From Antedon mediterranea (Eukaryota > Animalia > Echinodermata), in the NCBI RefSeq assembly GCF_964355755.1, contig NC_092676.1, forward strand, positions 26,244,871 to 26,308,870: a DNA stretch of 64,000 bases. Direction: 5' to 3'. Below the pieces are notes generated by a model. It was not told the DNA's origin and did no database searches. It worked only from the letters and a program-made list of their open reading frames with translations. Position numbers and translations under genes: made by a program. Below are positions 38,532 through 51,049 of the stretch, in pieces (position 1 is the first letter of the stretch; each line of letters starts with the position of its first letter).

Positions 38532-41500
38532 CTATTCTTTAGTAACTAGTCTTGTGCATCTTCTTTGGTTTCCACCATTACAAATCATGCATACATACAT
38601 AGGTAGTGGTTTGTGTATAGCACCCATGGGTTTCTTGCAAACAACACATGTGTCTTGTGTTCCAAATATGCCCCTTGAATGGTCCATGCACAACATTGCT
38701 GAAAGAAAACGACTCTTCAATTACTTAAATAACTGATTTTTTTTTACTATGATAATACATCTTAGACTTTGTTTCCCTACCTCAACCTTTAAGCTCTGTT
38801 TACACTATCAAACTAGTTTGACAAAAATAATGTGATGTACCGAAATATGGTAGTGATATGACATCATCATGTACGTCTATAAATGGGTCTATCAGCATTA
38901 GAGGTGGCAGTTAGCACTGTTATACGGTACTACAAATTCTAGCTTGGCCTTTCCAGGTAAATTCACTATTGGATCACAACAGTGTTGAAAGGCACAACTT
39001 TATTTGAATTGTGAACTTAAGCTTTTAAGGCATTAAAATGCTACTAGTTCAAAAAGCTACCAGTTCAAAAAGTGGTCTTTAAGTGCAAGAGATGAACATA
39101 TCTTACCTTCATTTTCTTTCTTGTTTTGAAATGGGTCCACACACTCCCCACACATAAGGCAAACCTGTTTATTAGGCCATGCAGAACGCTTGACAACCCC
39201 GCCTCTAAAGTTCTGGCAAAATGTGCAAATTTTAACCATTTTTGCAAATGGGCCGGGAGATAAAAAGCGTTTCTGACATCGTAAATCCTGTTGAGATAAT
39301 AATACAAACCATACTATATTAGCAATGATCACTTAAGCTTGGTTCCCACTAGAACGTAACACAAGGACGTAAACGCAAGCGTGTTAACCAATGACAAGCG
39401 ACAGTTTGAATAATCCATCGCTTGTGATTGGTCAATTCACTTGCATTGCGTTTACGTCCTCGTGTTGCGTCTCTAGTGGGAACCAATCATAAGAGTTTGC
39501 CTGTTACTGTATGCTAAATTTAGTTTTTTCTAAATTCTAAATTCAACTTACTTTCAACGTTCTAGAAATCATAATCCTGCCCATCTTTGATGCTCTTGTG
39601 TCCTCCATCACAAAATCTGCCAATCTCTTTGTCTTTCCCGCAGTCTTCAGTTGATATGGAAGCTCCTGGACAACTCTACTATCATTCTGACAATGATACT
39701 GAAAGAACTCTGCAAGTCTTAAGTGTTGGACTTCCTGTTTTTCTGGACTTGATAGGAGGGTTGTTTTTACTGCCTATAAAGAAAGAGAAATTATGGTTGA
39801 GAGAAAACTGTATCAGGAATGGATCTCAATGGAGATACAAAATAAAATAAGCAAAAAGCTAAATCAAAACAATAAAATAAGACAGCCAGAAAAATTAGAG
39901 CTTTCAGGCAACACTAAGTCTTCATCAGGAATGATAGTTTTATTATTATTTATTTCCTTTATTGCATCAAGTAAGCAGTGATGAAGTTGACATAAATATA
40001 ATAGTAAATATGTAAACACATAGTATAACACAGTCCAAACAAGTAATACTAAAATAAATCATAGTCCACAAATCAGTCTTTCAATGGCCATCATAGTACA
40101 TCCAGTAACACAAACCAATAGGGGTTCACAATTTGCTTATCATAACTCAGTTACTGATCATTCACCAATCATTGAAAACTCCGTGGAAAGTAATGAAGTT
40201 TTTTGTGCGTTGTGTCCGGATAGTTATATATAAAGAGTGGATAATTATAAAGCAATTTTTATCAAGTTCTTCAAACCTTTTTAATTGATGCATGAAAGAA
40301 ATCTAACATTGGTTCCCCTCCTGATCCGCTAGAGTTCCTTAAGAATGGCCTCAGGGTTCGTCTAGCTTGTGACCATGGCAACATTGCAACCAGTTCGTTT
40401 TTCTCGCAATCTCCCAACATAAAATGAAGTTCAGTTTCTTTCAAACCAGCTTGAGAACACTCCAAGAGGCACAGTATCTGAAAAGTATTGATAAGAAAAA
40501 AATAAAAAATTTGCCTCAACACAAAAGTGTTAGTTTAACAAACACATTTTTAGAAATTGTTGCCCTGAATATATTACTTGATTGATTAGCTATTGGGGCT
40601 TAAGAGACAGTTGATACAGTATATAACTATATACTGGACAATCTTTGGCACTAAGTTTAAACTTTCCAATTTGTATTTTTACCTGCTCCACAAATGAGGT
40701 TTCATCCTCATTTATCATTCGTTGAATAATTTCTGATATTAAACCATCTAGAGATGGGTGAAGTTGTTTTATGCGTTGAGTGACTTCCTCAAAAACTCCA
40801 AAGATGCGTAATTCTTCACAAACCAGTGACAGCCACAGGACATTTTTGGAGCCTTCTGATTGGACAAGTAAAGCAAGTTGTTCAGGATCTAGTTTCTGAT
40901 AAAAAAATGTGTTATTTCTGAACCATCAGACAATTGATTTTGTGAGAAATATTTAAAATGTTGCATAATCTTATAGTTTTTTTCATTTCAACTACACTAC
41001 AAACATTGTGAACTTTCTCAAATAAAACTTCATACCTTGTTGTACCGTCCAAAATAGTTCTGAACTATGTCCATTTTAGCTGACTCATCCAAGTCCGCGA
41101 GATTGAGTCTTTCTCCAGAGGGCAGCATATCATTGATTTCTTGCAATGTGCCACCTTCTCTTGTAGTACTTATAATAACTTGTATCGAACCAATCACTTT
41201 TGGTGGAATCCATTTGAGATTGTCGTTGCCCTTCACAAGCTGTAATGGATATTAAAAATAATAGATGAAAAACGCTGATGCAACCAAACTCACCTTCTTC
41301 TTGTTGATGATTTACTTTAATAATAAAGGTCATGGCTATTAGGCTCCACTAAAGTCAAAAGTGCGGACTTAGTTTTACTTATTATATTGTTTTCATTACC
41401 TGATTGACGGCATCAATTATTATCAGAAGCTGTTCATCTGTTTTTCCAAATTCCTTCAAGAGGTTTGCCAGTAGTATCAAAGCTCTTTCATAATTAAACT

Positions 41501-44500
41501 TCTTTTTTAACTCGGTCCATTCTGCATCTGCAACAAATTTTAAAATACATACATGTGAGATCATATCAATCTACTTATCTATCAATAGCATTTATAGTTT
41601 CACAATAATGTTTGAATGATGCTCATTACAATTCAACTTTCATTGGGAACTTACTTTCAGTTTTTATCAGAGTCTCACAAAGTCTGTAGACTAGATTCGA
41701 TGCATCTGTTGATTGGGCTGTGCATCCAACAAAATGATAAAACACATTCAACCCTTCCTGTCAATTGCAAAAAAATACATATAATAATATTTGATAGTAT
41801 AAAGACACAATAGATGTATACGATTGGTCATGCGCAACAAGTTTGAGGAGCTGATCTGCTGATTTTCTGCTCAGAACAGCCTAAAAATAATGGATTCATT
41901 TCTGTTCATTACGTGTACAGCCCCATTAGAGAATGTGTTCATTTTTACCCGAAGTTTTGAAAAACTTCGGGTAAATGTCACTTAACCTCCTACTGTGACA
42001 TGTGTTTATATAAGTCTTTGATAGGCAGGTCGTTAAACCTTTTGATCATCACCGAATTTTGCTAGTTTTTGCCTGACCTTTGACCTTGAATACTGAAGAA
42101 TGTACCTTGTCCTAATCAATCAATTACAAGAGAGCTAATAAAATCACAGGGGTATAATAGGATTCAGGTAATTTATCACCTGCTCAGTTGATTTATCTGA
42201 TAAGGATTTTGACCAAAAAGTTCTAATGGGGATGTACACCTAATGTTAGATAATTGGAGGGAAATACGCAAAGAGACACAGCCAAGCATATGTAATTTTA
42301 TACTAGACATGAAACTCGTCACTTTGACGAGTTAGTTATCCGCACGACAGATGCCACGTGCACGTCATACGTTAAAAACTATAATAAGAGGTGGTCCTGT
42401 ATTTTCGCCTTGTAGGCTATTATAATTATACAGTACACTGTGTATAAAAGGAGACATTAATTCTACATGATACAGAGGGCGGCAAACAACAATTTGCTCA
42501 CATCAGTGACTATGCTGGTGTACATTGTACTACTGTATTATTATATGACATATTAACTGAATTATGGGACCTGCCTTTAATTCAAATATTTAACATGATG
42601 ACGTCATAAAAAAAACAACACAACGATAGCAATTTCTGAAGAAAATTATCTTAGCAACAACATATTAACGTGTAGAAGAAATTTGAATACGTAAAATGTT
42701 GGTGCGCGCACATTTAAATGTGATGAACTATTACGCAAAATATGAAAATACGACTTTTTTTATTCAACTGGCAATATGATAACGTCACAACATCCGATTG
42801 GCAAAATGTTTACATGAATTCGTATCTACAATCCTATAGCTTCCAGAAAACGTTTCAATCGTGATTATCACATTTTATTCTTACGAGCTATTACAGATTA
42901 AAATTTACTGTAAAGATGAAATTAATGACCCACGTAATTAAAATTTTTAGGCATGATGACGTTATAAAAATTAAAATATTTTTATCTCATGCTAAAGAAA
43001 GTTGATTGACCTAGACAATATATAAATATAGGAGAAAAAGGAATACAGATAAGCGTGATGCGCTCCATTGAATGTGATGAGCAATAACGAAACAGACAAA
43101 AATCCTATATTTTACATTCGTGTGGCCATACGATTACGTCACAATGTTTTTTTAGCCTTATCGATGCATGATCCGATATCTGCAACTCATCAACTTCTAG
43201 ATTTTGTAATAAAAATAAACGGTTCACGGTTTACTTTAGAAACTATGACTGTTTAAAAAAAGACATTATTTTGATGATTTTTTAAGCTTTTTCATAAAAA
43301 ACGCGCACAAATTGTCTAATTCAACGTGTTCGTATGGCGTTATTTAAACTGGAAAAGTTCTAAATTGTTTTCAAAATTACTAGGAAAGGCTTGAAAAATA
43401 TAATTCAAGAGAAAAAAATATGTTTTTATCGCTACGTGCGCACCGCGTGCGTAAAAAATTGCGCGCCCGTGGGAATTTTTGACATGCTCAAAATGACATG
43501 AAACGCGTAAAAAGTTGATTAGAAATTAATTTTGCGCATTTTGAAATTTTAAATGCGCGTGCGCGCGTAACTTCTTGTGAAACATGCCATTTTTAATCCG
43601 TAGAAAGTTTGCCCCTGATATGACTTAAATTTTGTCAAAGTGTCAATACTAAATGACTTTTGGTTTTTAATCTATGATCAATCATTGAAATTCATAAAAT
43701 TGCGCGTAAGTCACGTTGCGCAACTATGACGTCATTCAAAAATAGGAGGTGCACAACTTCACGTAAATGCCCATATGTTGTCAAAGTTATGAAATGTTAT
43801 GTTTACACATTTTAGAGAAACGCGACTCACAAAAAGGAAGGAAGGAAAGAAGAATAATACAGAAAAAAAATGTTGATCTCATACAATAACAAGGAGTTAT
43901 CCGCTTGGTATACCAAGCGGATAACTAATAATATGCAGCTCAAAGAATGTGCACTCCTCCTTGCTAGCTTACCTGTTTTGATTCTCTGACACATTTAGCC
44001 ATCAAAGCACTCTTCCCTTGACCAGGATCTGCAACAACCAGCATTGGTGAACTACCCTCTTCTGAGTCCTTACTTGATTTGGCAAATGTCAGCATCTTCT
44101 GGATTTCTTTGCTTCTGCCAAACACCATAGTACCTCTTTGCTCCATGAATATCTGGTGTTGCTGTGTTTCTATTTCTTCTGGTGTTTGGTTCTTTACTTC
44201 TTTTTCTGGATACTTCCTTGCTATGGCAGACTTGAAGAAGTCCAAAACTGTCTTGGCAAAATCGTCTTCAAGACCAACCATCTTAACCTTTTATGATGAT
44301 ATTTAGTCATATTATTAACAAGTTACAAGTATTGATTCATATGTAAAACTTAACTATATTTATAATTTATGCATAGAAATTTTATTTTATACTTTATGAA
44401 GAATTTTGACAGAATGCTAACTGTACGGTACGTACCTTTCCATTTTCAACAGAATCAACTTTACAGGAATAATCAAAAACTTGCTCTTTAAAAGTCTCTC

Positions 44501-45924
44501 TCAGTTGTTTTTTTAGTTCCTGCAATTGAAAAAAGGTTATTCAGTGATGTAGCCACAAGATATAAAGTGGTGTGGTTTTCGCAAGAAAGGGGAACAATCT
44601 CTGTTCAAGCCACTAGGTTGTCAAAGGCCCCTGTGACAAAGTGGTCAGGTTGAAACCTTAATACCAACCGTACTGCTGGCTACGGCCCTGTTGTTGGAAA
44701 ATTGTTACTTGTTTGCCATTCATTTGTTGTTAAATATCATATACAGTACGGTATATGTTGTTTTTCTTTAATATTCAAACACAGGCTAATAGTGAGTGAG
44801 TGAGTACATTACCTTCATTTGTATTTTACAATAATCGGAGTCATCAACAAAGCCAGGCCTTTGATCAGTAGGTAAATCTTCAAGAAGTACGGTATATGTT
44901 GTTTTTCTTTAATATTCAAACACAGGCTAATTAATAGTGAGTAAGTGAGTACATTACCTTCATTTGTATTTTACAATAATCGGAGTCATCAACAAAGCCA
45001 GGCCTTTGATCAGTAGGTAAATCTTCAAGAAACGATGAATCCCTTATAAGAAACAATGAATTTGGATTGTTTGATGTATAAGCCCCTCGTACAATCTCCA
45101 TGTGAGTGACCGAGGTTCCGTGCACCCAATCATATTGCTTGGTGAGGTCAGCTGATACTGCTTCCTTATTTGGCACCCATCCATATCTAAAACAATAGAA
45201 ATTTAAATTATTATAATTATAGTATATCTATGGATATATAATAATAACAGGTTAAATTTATTATTTTTTATTTGCTTTGACCTTTCACTTAGCATGTTAA
45301 GAAAGAACCCATCTCCTTCTGCTTCTTCATGACATCGTTCTATCTCATCTAAACAAGTACATATTGTCGTTTTAGTGGTCGAATCACGTGGTACTCCCCA
45401 CCGCAAATCACATTCTATTAACTGTAGGTGGTGCTGTGTACACCATTCTCGTAATTCAGGAAAAACCTTTTGAATAAAAAGAAAGTCATGAGTTCTCAAA
45501 ATAAAACAATGGATTCACTTTTAAATTTCTAGAGAATTAAAGACATTTTACTTTTACATTTTACTAGAATGCAAGAACAATAATTGTGTAAATAAAAACC
45601 TATTATATAACTATTTAAATAAAATTTCAAATAAATTCTTTAAGAGATTAAGATTCAACAATCTAAGATGAAAATGAACAAATAGAAGGTATCAAGAATG
45701 GATTGGAATGAATTACTAACCTTTTTAACAAGAACCTCTCTTTCTGCATGAAAATCACGGAATGTAGATGAAACAAAAATGCGGATGACTTGCCAATTCT
45801 GATTTGTTTCCTCATTCTTTTTGTTTTTCGTTTTAGATTTGTGTTCCCGCCGTTGCTTCTCAATCTGCTCCCAGCATTTGTTGACACATTCCTGTATTTC
45901 AGTTTCATTGGTCGGTAAAGACAT
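38532..45924 (-). CDS. DUF4062 + STAND/NACHT-like NTPase (TEP1/NWD/NPHP3-related core) with a C-terminal PHF5-like zinc-binding domain, paralog A (~811 aa)
   Basis: 13 in-frame exons: 45924-45721, 45466-45282, 45186-44958, 44519-44436, 44287-43973, 41757-41655, 41527-41400, 41239-41036, 40895-40683, 40477-40277, 39773-39552, 39287-39107, 38698-38532. DUF4062 motifs RIFVSSTFRDFHAERE, DLRWGV, ERYGWVP, SVTHMEI. Walker A ADPGQGKS and Walker B LLIIIDAVNQ. Winged-helix-type GLKETEL..FFHASI and ELPYQL. Confidence 0.88.
42302..43931 (-). mobile_element. Helentron-associated non-autonomous element (HINE / DINE-1-like) in a paralog A intron
   Basis: On the minus strand: 5' subTIR AGTTATCCGC with its inverted copy (palindrome 43895-43926), then a TTC/TTCC microsatellite. 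At the 3' end: subTIR GCGGATAACT, stem-loop AACTCGTCA-AAG-TGACGAGTT and a terminal CTAG. No ORF. Confidence 0.75.
44746..45031. repeat. Tandem duplication (~141/145 bp) of an exon 3' end and its splice donor
   Basis: 44746-44886 is nearly identical to 44887-45031, including the coding segment FLEDLPTDQRPGFVDDSDYCKIQMK and AAG|GTAATG. Confidence 0.92.
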
Positions 45925-46281
45925 GTTGGATTCACAGAAATGATTGTCTACCGCAAGTCCAAGCTCTGTGGAAACAACAACGAGAGAGTGGGTTTTACAA
46001 CATTGTGGCAAATACAACACTATAGGACCTTGAATGTGACAAGATAGTGTGGTGCGGTGCAGGGTAGGAACGAATTACCCTAATTTCAGTTTATGGATAA
46101 TGAACATTTCTAAAATAAAAATGTCCCCATTCTATAATTTAAACATTAAAAATAGGTGTTAATCAGCATTTGTCCCTTATCACCTAACCCTTTTTATTTC
46201 AAAATAAGAGATTTTTATTCTACCTATTGTTAGAGTGTCGTTGTCATAACCTTACCTTTTTAAATACAGTATATAAATAAC

Positions 46282-46309
46282 CATAGAGATTCACTATAAT
46301 ATCTTTATG
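46282..46309. mobile_element. Short CATAGAG...CTTTATG insertion with 7-bp TSD (same family as 5674-5709)
   Basis: AAATAAC-CATAGAGATTCACTATAATATCTTTATG-ATATAAC (TSD 6/7 identical). Confidence 0.55.
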
Positions 46310-49300
46310 ATATAACGCACTCTATCAATATAAACCAGAGAAGCACTGTCTGGTATAACACACTCTGGTTGCAAGATAAGTACCGTATATCAACAATGAT
46401 ATTCCACAACTGTTTAAATATTAATGACTACTATCTACAATCCAATGATCAGGATGTTTATTCTAATATGTATAAGAACGACAAATACAAGCCTGATCGC
46501 TTGAGTAACTTCCCCTTTCAAGTGACCAACCACAAACATTATCCTGGATCAGTTCAAGCGATGAAAGGAAATAAATGACAATATATTATTTTTTTGTCAA
46601 TTGTTAGAAATATACGGAAATAAGAAGCAGAATATATTTAAAAGTTGTTTCTTTCTCAGACATACTGTAATATACAAATGTAATACAGCATAAAAAAGGA
46701 GATTTCTCATAATTAATTGTGTGTAAAAAGTCATCAAGATGCAAAAAATGCCTAAAGCTGTCTACACTATCAAACTAGTTTGAAAAAAAAAGTGTGATGT
46801 GCCCAAATATGGTAGTGATATGCCAAAATATGATATGACATCATCATGTCCATATATGGGCATATCAAATGTTTTTTCTCACATAAAGTTTGTAGACAGA
46901 GCTTTTTACATCATAAACAAATGTACAGCATCAAAAAGATTTGTAAAAATTATATTGTGTGTATGAAAGTCAACAATAGAATATACTTATGTACAGTATA
47001 TTGTTACATACAATACATAGTCATACAATGTGACTGCTCAGATGGAAGTTTTTAAACAATGTAAATTCCAGATTTTAAATAATAGAACACAAAAGGGTAC
47101 ATATCTAGTGCAACTTGGATTAGAATATATAGAAAAGGGAAAGTGAACTTCTCTGATATGATACAAACTGTCTTCAACTATGAATGTGGTTTTAACTCCT
47201 TTAGAGCACAATATACAGTACTGTACATTATAGTATGGTACGACAAACTGCATTGAAATCACTTTTGTTTGTTTTAAGTAAGTATAAGTTTAGTTGATGA
47301 TTCTGAGTGCCGCCAATAAATAAATATACTGTAATCATTGTTTTAAAGGATTTATTTGTTACCTTTTATCTGATTTTCCTTTCCAAAGTACATATAAGGC
47401 CTAATTATAAGGTGTAGTATTTACAATATGGTTATTTAACAAATTTGGAGTCGAAAGGGAATTTGTAAAGGCAACAAGATTCACATCTTTCTGGGATCTG
47501 CCTTCGTCCATTTTCTTTCTTTCTCTTGCCATTGTTTCTTTTTGTCATTTTTTGTCTTTTTGACTTTAATAAATGTTGTTTAAATTGAATTGAAATAAAA
47601 GACAGGTGCGAAACGGAACCAGCACGAATAAAATAAAGTCTCACCTTCATTAATGTCAAAGAAATAATTCTTTGCATTTTGCATTGTATTTTCACATGAT
47701 CTTAACACATTGAGTTGTTCCTGTCTTGAGAAGCACCGCGTTGGTGTATTTATGTATAGCCCATTGCTGAAATACAGGCCGCCTGGAATAGAGCGGCGCA
47801 TGCCAGCCACAACTCGTTTATCCTGCTCGCTCCTTCCACGTATTGAAACTGTTGCCCCCATTTAATTCTGCAAAAAAATAAAGTAAAGAAGAAATACAAC
47901 CTTTGTTTTTAATTTTAATAATACAAGAGAATATACATATTCTATGCCTTATATAGAGAACAGCAAATTGAAATAAACGTACCCATAAAAGACAAAAAAA
48001 AAGAAGAAATACAACTCCTTAAAGCTCTGTCTACACTATCAAACTACTTTGACAAAAAAAAGTGTGATGTGTCCAAAAATGGTGGTGATATGCTTAAATA
48101 TGGTAGTACTATGACATCATCATGTCTATTATGGGTGCGTCACATTGGTTGTCACATTAAGTTTGATAGTGTAGACAGAGCTTTACAACCCTTTGGACTG
48201 GTAAAAAATGTCTTTAGTTTTTTTTAGTAGGAAATAATTTAGGAAACAATTTTTTTTTTTGACAATAAGAGCGAGTCAATTTAAAAGAAAAATAACAATA
48301 CAATTTATTATCTAACCAAAACAATACAAACTAAATTAATTCATATGTTATCTAGACAAATAACCAATTTAATTTGTGTTTGGTTTTTCTTTGGTATCTA
48401 GCCTGTCACCTTTGTTTGCCCCCACGCGTTACAAAGGAAATCCTGTGGGATGGTACTTAACTTTGTTAGGATGACTTAACCCTTGTTGAGCTGATACTTA
48501 AAGTTGGGCTTGATAAAACATCACTTAAGAAATTATACACTGCTAATTGTTTGTATTTTTAACAGGAAAAATTAATTTACCGATTATTTCACCTAATATT
48601 TGTAATTAAGCATATGGTTTTTACTAATATTACCTTATCTATTCATTTACATTTCTCTTCTTGAATTTCTGAAGCGTCTTACCACCTCCCTGCCGTGAGT
48701 GTTGACAGTTGCCAAGTTTGCTTTACGCTTCGCTGAACACGACAACTATGGAACGCCTCATGGACAATTACATTTGAAAAGGTGACCAAGTTAAAGCCCT
48801 GTCTGCACTATCATACTTTATGTGACAAAAAAATGGGCCCATATATGGACACGATGACGTCATATCACTACCATATTTGTGCATATCACTACCATATTTA
48901 AGCACTAGTTTGATAGAGCCGTTTACATTTGTTTACGTTTTTAAGCCAGTACAAACACAATCACCAGTTTTCAACACTGACGCTTGTGATTAAATATCGC
49001 ATACTGGATATATCTTACTAATATACATCACATCAGATCTGTTTTACTTTATGACTAGACTATGTTTATTTTTGTTTCGTTATTTATTTTATTACACATT
49101 TTTAGCTGCTCAGAGTTGCTATTGCTAAAAAGCACCTAAACAATCCGTGGGTATTGTAGTCATGTGGTTGATAAACATCATTTAAAATTAAAAACTATTT
49201 AAAAAATAATCGAAAGTACATTCTGGTTTTACAACGTTTTCTATGTAACATAAACATAATGTTTGCATGTTATTGTGTAAAACATTGTACTACAGCAAAT

Positions 49301-49346
49301 ACATTCACTCAGTCTGTTTGCGTACATAAACCAACAACAACTAATT

Positions 49347-50189
49347 ATGAGTAGTTTTTCGGTGAAATATTTGGTCATCTTTGCATTGATAATTACATTA
49401 GTACAATGCGATCGTCTTTATTTCAACGTTTCACCCAGAGATACAGTTTACGAAGGTTCAAATCTGACAATGCACTGTCTAACCGACCTCAACCTGAAAT
49501 TTGCTTATGAGACAAAACGATATGGAAGTAACAGATTAGAAGGAACATGTTCTTCTGGGGATCGACATGTTTATCCTGAATTTACCATATCTTGTAACAC
49601 GTCTACGACCAGTGCATTGCTGTTAATATCATTAGATATTTACAACGCATCGTTTGGACAAACAGGTGTTTACAGGTGTTGGAATTCTAACGGATATAAA
49701 TTTATCATATTAACTGTTCTTTCCAAACCTACTCCAGCCTGTACAACGACCAGTGCTTTTGTCGAGGCTGATATTCCGAAAGAGTTCATTTCGTACAGTG
49801 CGACTACAGTCGGGCCAGCGTTGTACAATGGGACTACAGTCGAGCCAGCTTTGTACAGTGGGACTACAGTCGAGCCAGCTTTGTACAATAAAACATCAAA
49901 AACAAATGGACCAGCAAAGTCGGAAGGAGAAGAGATAAGCCAAGCCAAACTCGATCTAATTAAATACATATCAATTGCTGGTAACATCGTATCCATAGTC
50001 ATCATCGCGATTCTATCTATCTGTTCCTTCCGTAAATGTAACAGAAAGAAAAATAACTTCCAACAAGCAGATATGCCTACAGTTCCTGTAGGACATACAA
50101 TGGGTGAAGGAGGCTACTTGGGTTATAAATTAGTTGTCAGTGAGATGCAGGAGCACATCTATCAAACAGTTGTTAATACGAATAAATAG
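49347..50189 (+). CDS. Intronless type I membrane protein with a single Ig-like domain, Thr/Pro stalk and Tyr-motif tail (280 aa)
   Basis: Signal peptide (MSSFSVKYLVIFALIITLVQC); Ig hallmarks VYEGSNLTMHC ... LDIYNASFGQTGVYRC; three copies of TTV(E/G)PALY; TM segment YISIAGNIVSIVIIAILSICSF followed by RK; cytoplasmic LGYKLV and HIYQTV. Confidence 0.85.
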   Translation: MSSFSVKYLVIFALIITLVQCDRLYFNVSPRDTVYEGSNLTMHCLTDLNLKFAYETKRYGSNRLEGTCSSGDRHVYPEFTISCNTSTTSALLLISLDIYNASFGQTGVYRCWNSNGYKFIILTVLSKPTPACTTTSAFVEADIPKEFISYSATTVGPALYNGTTVEPALYSGTTVEPALYNKTSKTNGPAKSEGEEISQAKLDLIKYISIAGNIVSIVIIAILSICSFRKCNRKKNNFQQADMPTVPVGHTMGEGGYLGYKLVVSEMQEHIYQTVVNTNK

Positions 50190-51019
50190 TACAACTTTTG
50201 TGTAGAAAAGTATAACAAGTTTCGTCCAACTTTGAGAAGGCAACCCGATACTGAACTTTTTCTAACTTAGTTTTCGCTACGTTGCGATTTGCGAAACCGT
50301 CTGTTTATAAATAATATTAATGCTAGTCTTATATATCCTCTAATACAATGTTTCTAAGCACTTTACAAACAAAAATGATCCATAAAATATCCCAAAGAAG
50401 AAGAAGAGGAACCAATATTCTCCATCACTTGGAAGCTCTCATGAGAGCTCGCCGGAACAGTATTAGAATATAATATAGCAATTTATATAGCGCACATATC
50501 CACTAAAAGTGCTCAAGCATCTGTCTATCCTATCCTACCAAAATAAGAAGAAAACGATTTTGCGATGAAGGAAAATAACAAGGAAAGCAAATGAATGTAA
50601 TTTTTTAGATAGGCCTAAGTTTGAAATTAAATTGAAGTGTACAGTTTTATGAGATGTTTGAAGGTTATCATCATCGTTGTTTCTCTTTGTCGCACTTCGT
50701 ATAGAGAATTCACTAAAATCGTTAATCGTGTTTCGATTCCTTTTACGTTTTCCACTCACAAAAACACGTTAAATAAGTTGCTGCCTAATAAAAATCAGTT
50801 ATGTAATGCGATAAAAATAACATTTCAAAACTTAATCGAAAGAGGAAACATTTCCGTTAGTAATTGGCATATATTCCTGTTAAAATATAATTTTAATATC
50901 CATTTCTGCGAAGAAAAAAAGTCTACGTACATTCCAATTGTGACACTACAGTAACACAATTGTAAAGAAAGATTTAGATTCGGACTTTGGAAGGAGACAT
51001 GAGAACGAAGTAGACTTAG

Positions 51020-51049
51020 CATGGAGCTATACAATTTTATAGCTCCATG
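51020..51049. mobile_element. Short palindrome with perfect 7-bp TSD (putative P-element-type footprint)
   Basis: GACTTAG-CATGGAGCTATACAA|TTTTATAGCTCCATG-GACTTAG. Confidence 0.7.

Noticed and set aside
38532-45924. Calling the NTPase genes TEP1, NWD1 or NPHP3
   Set aside because: No TROVE, WD40 or TPR regions are present; only the DUF4062-NTPase core is shared, so no symbol was assigned.
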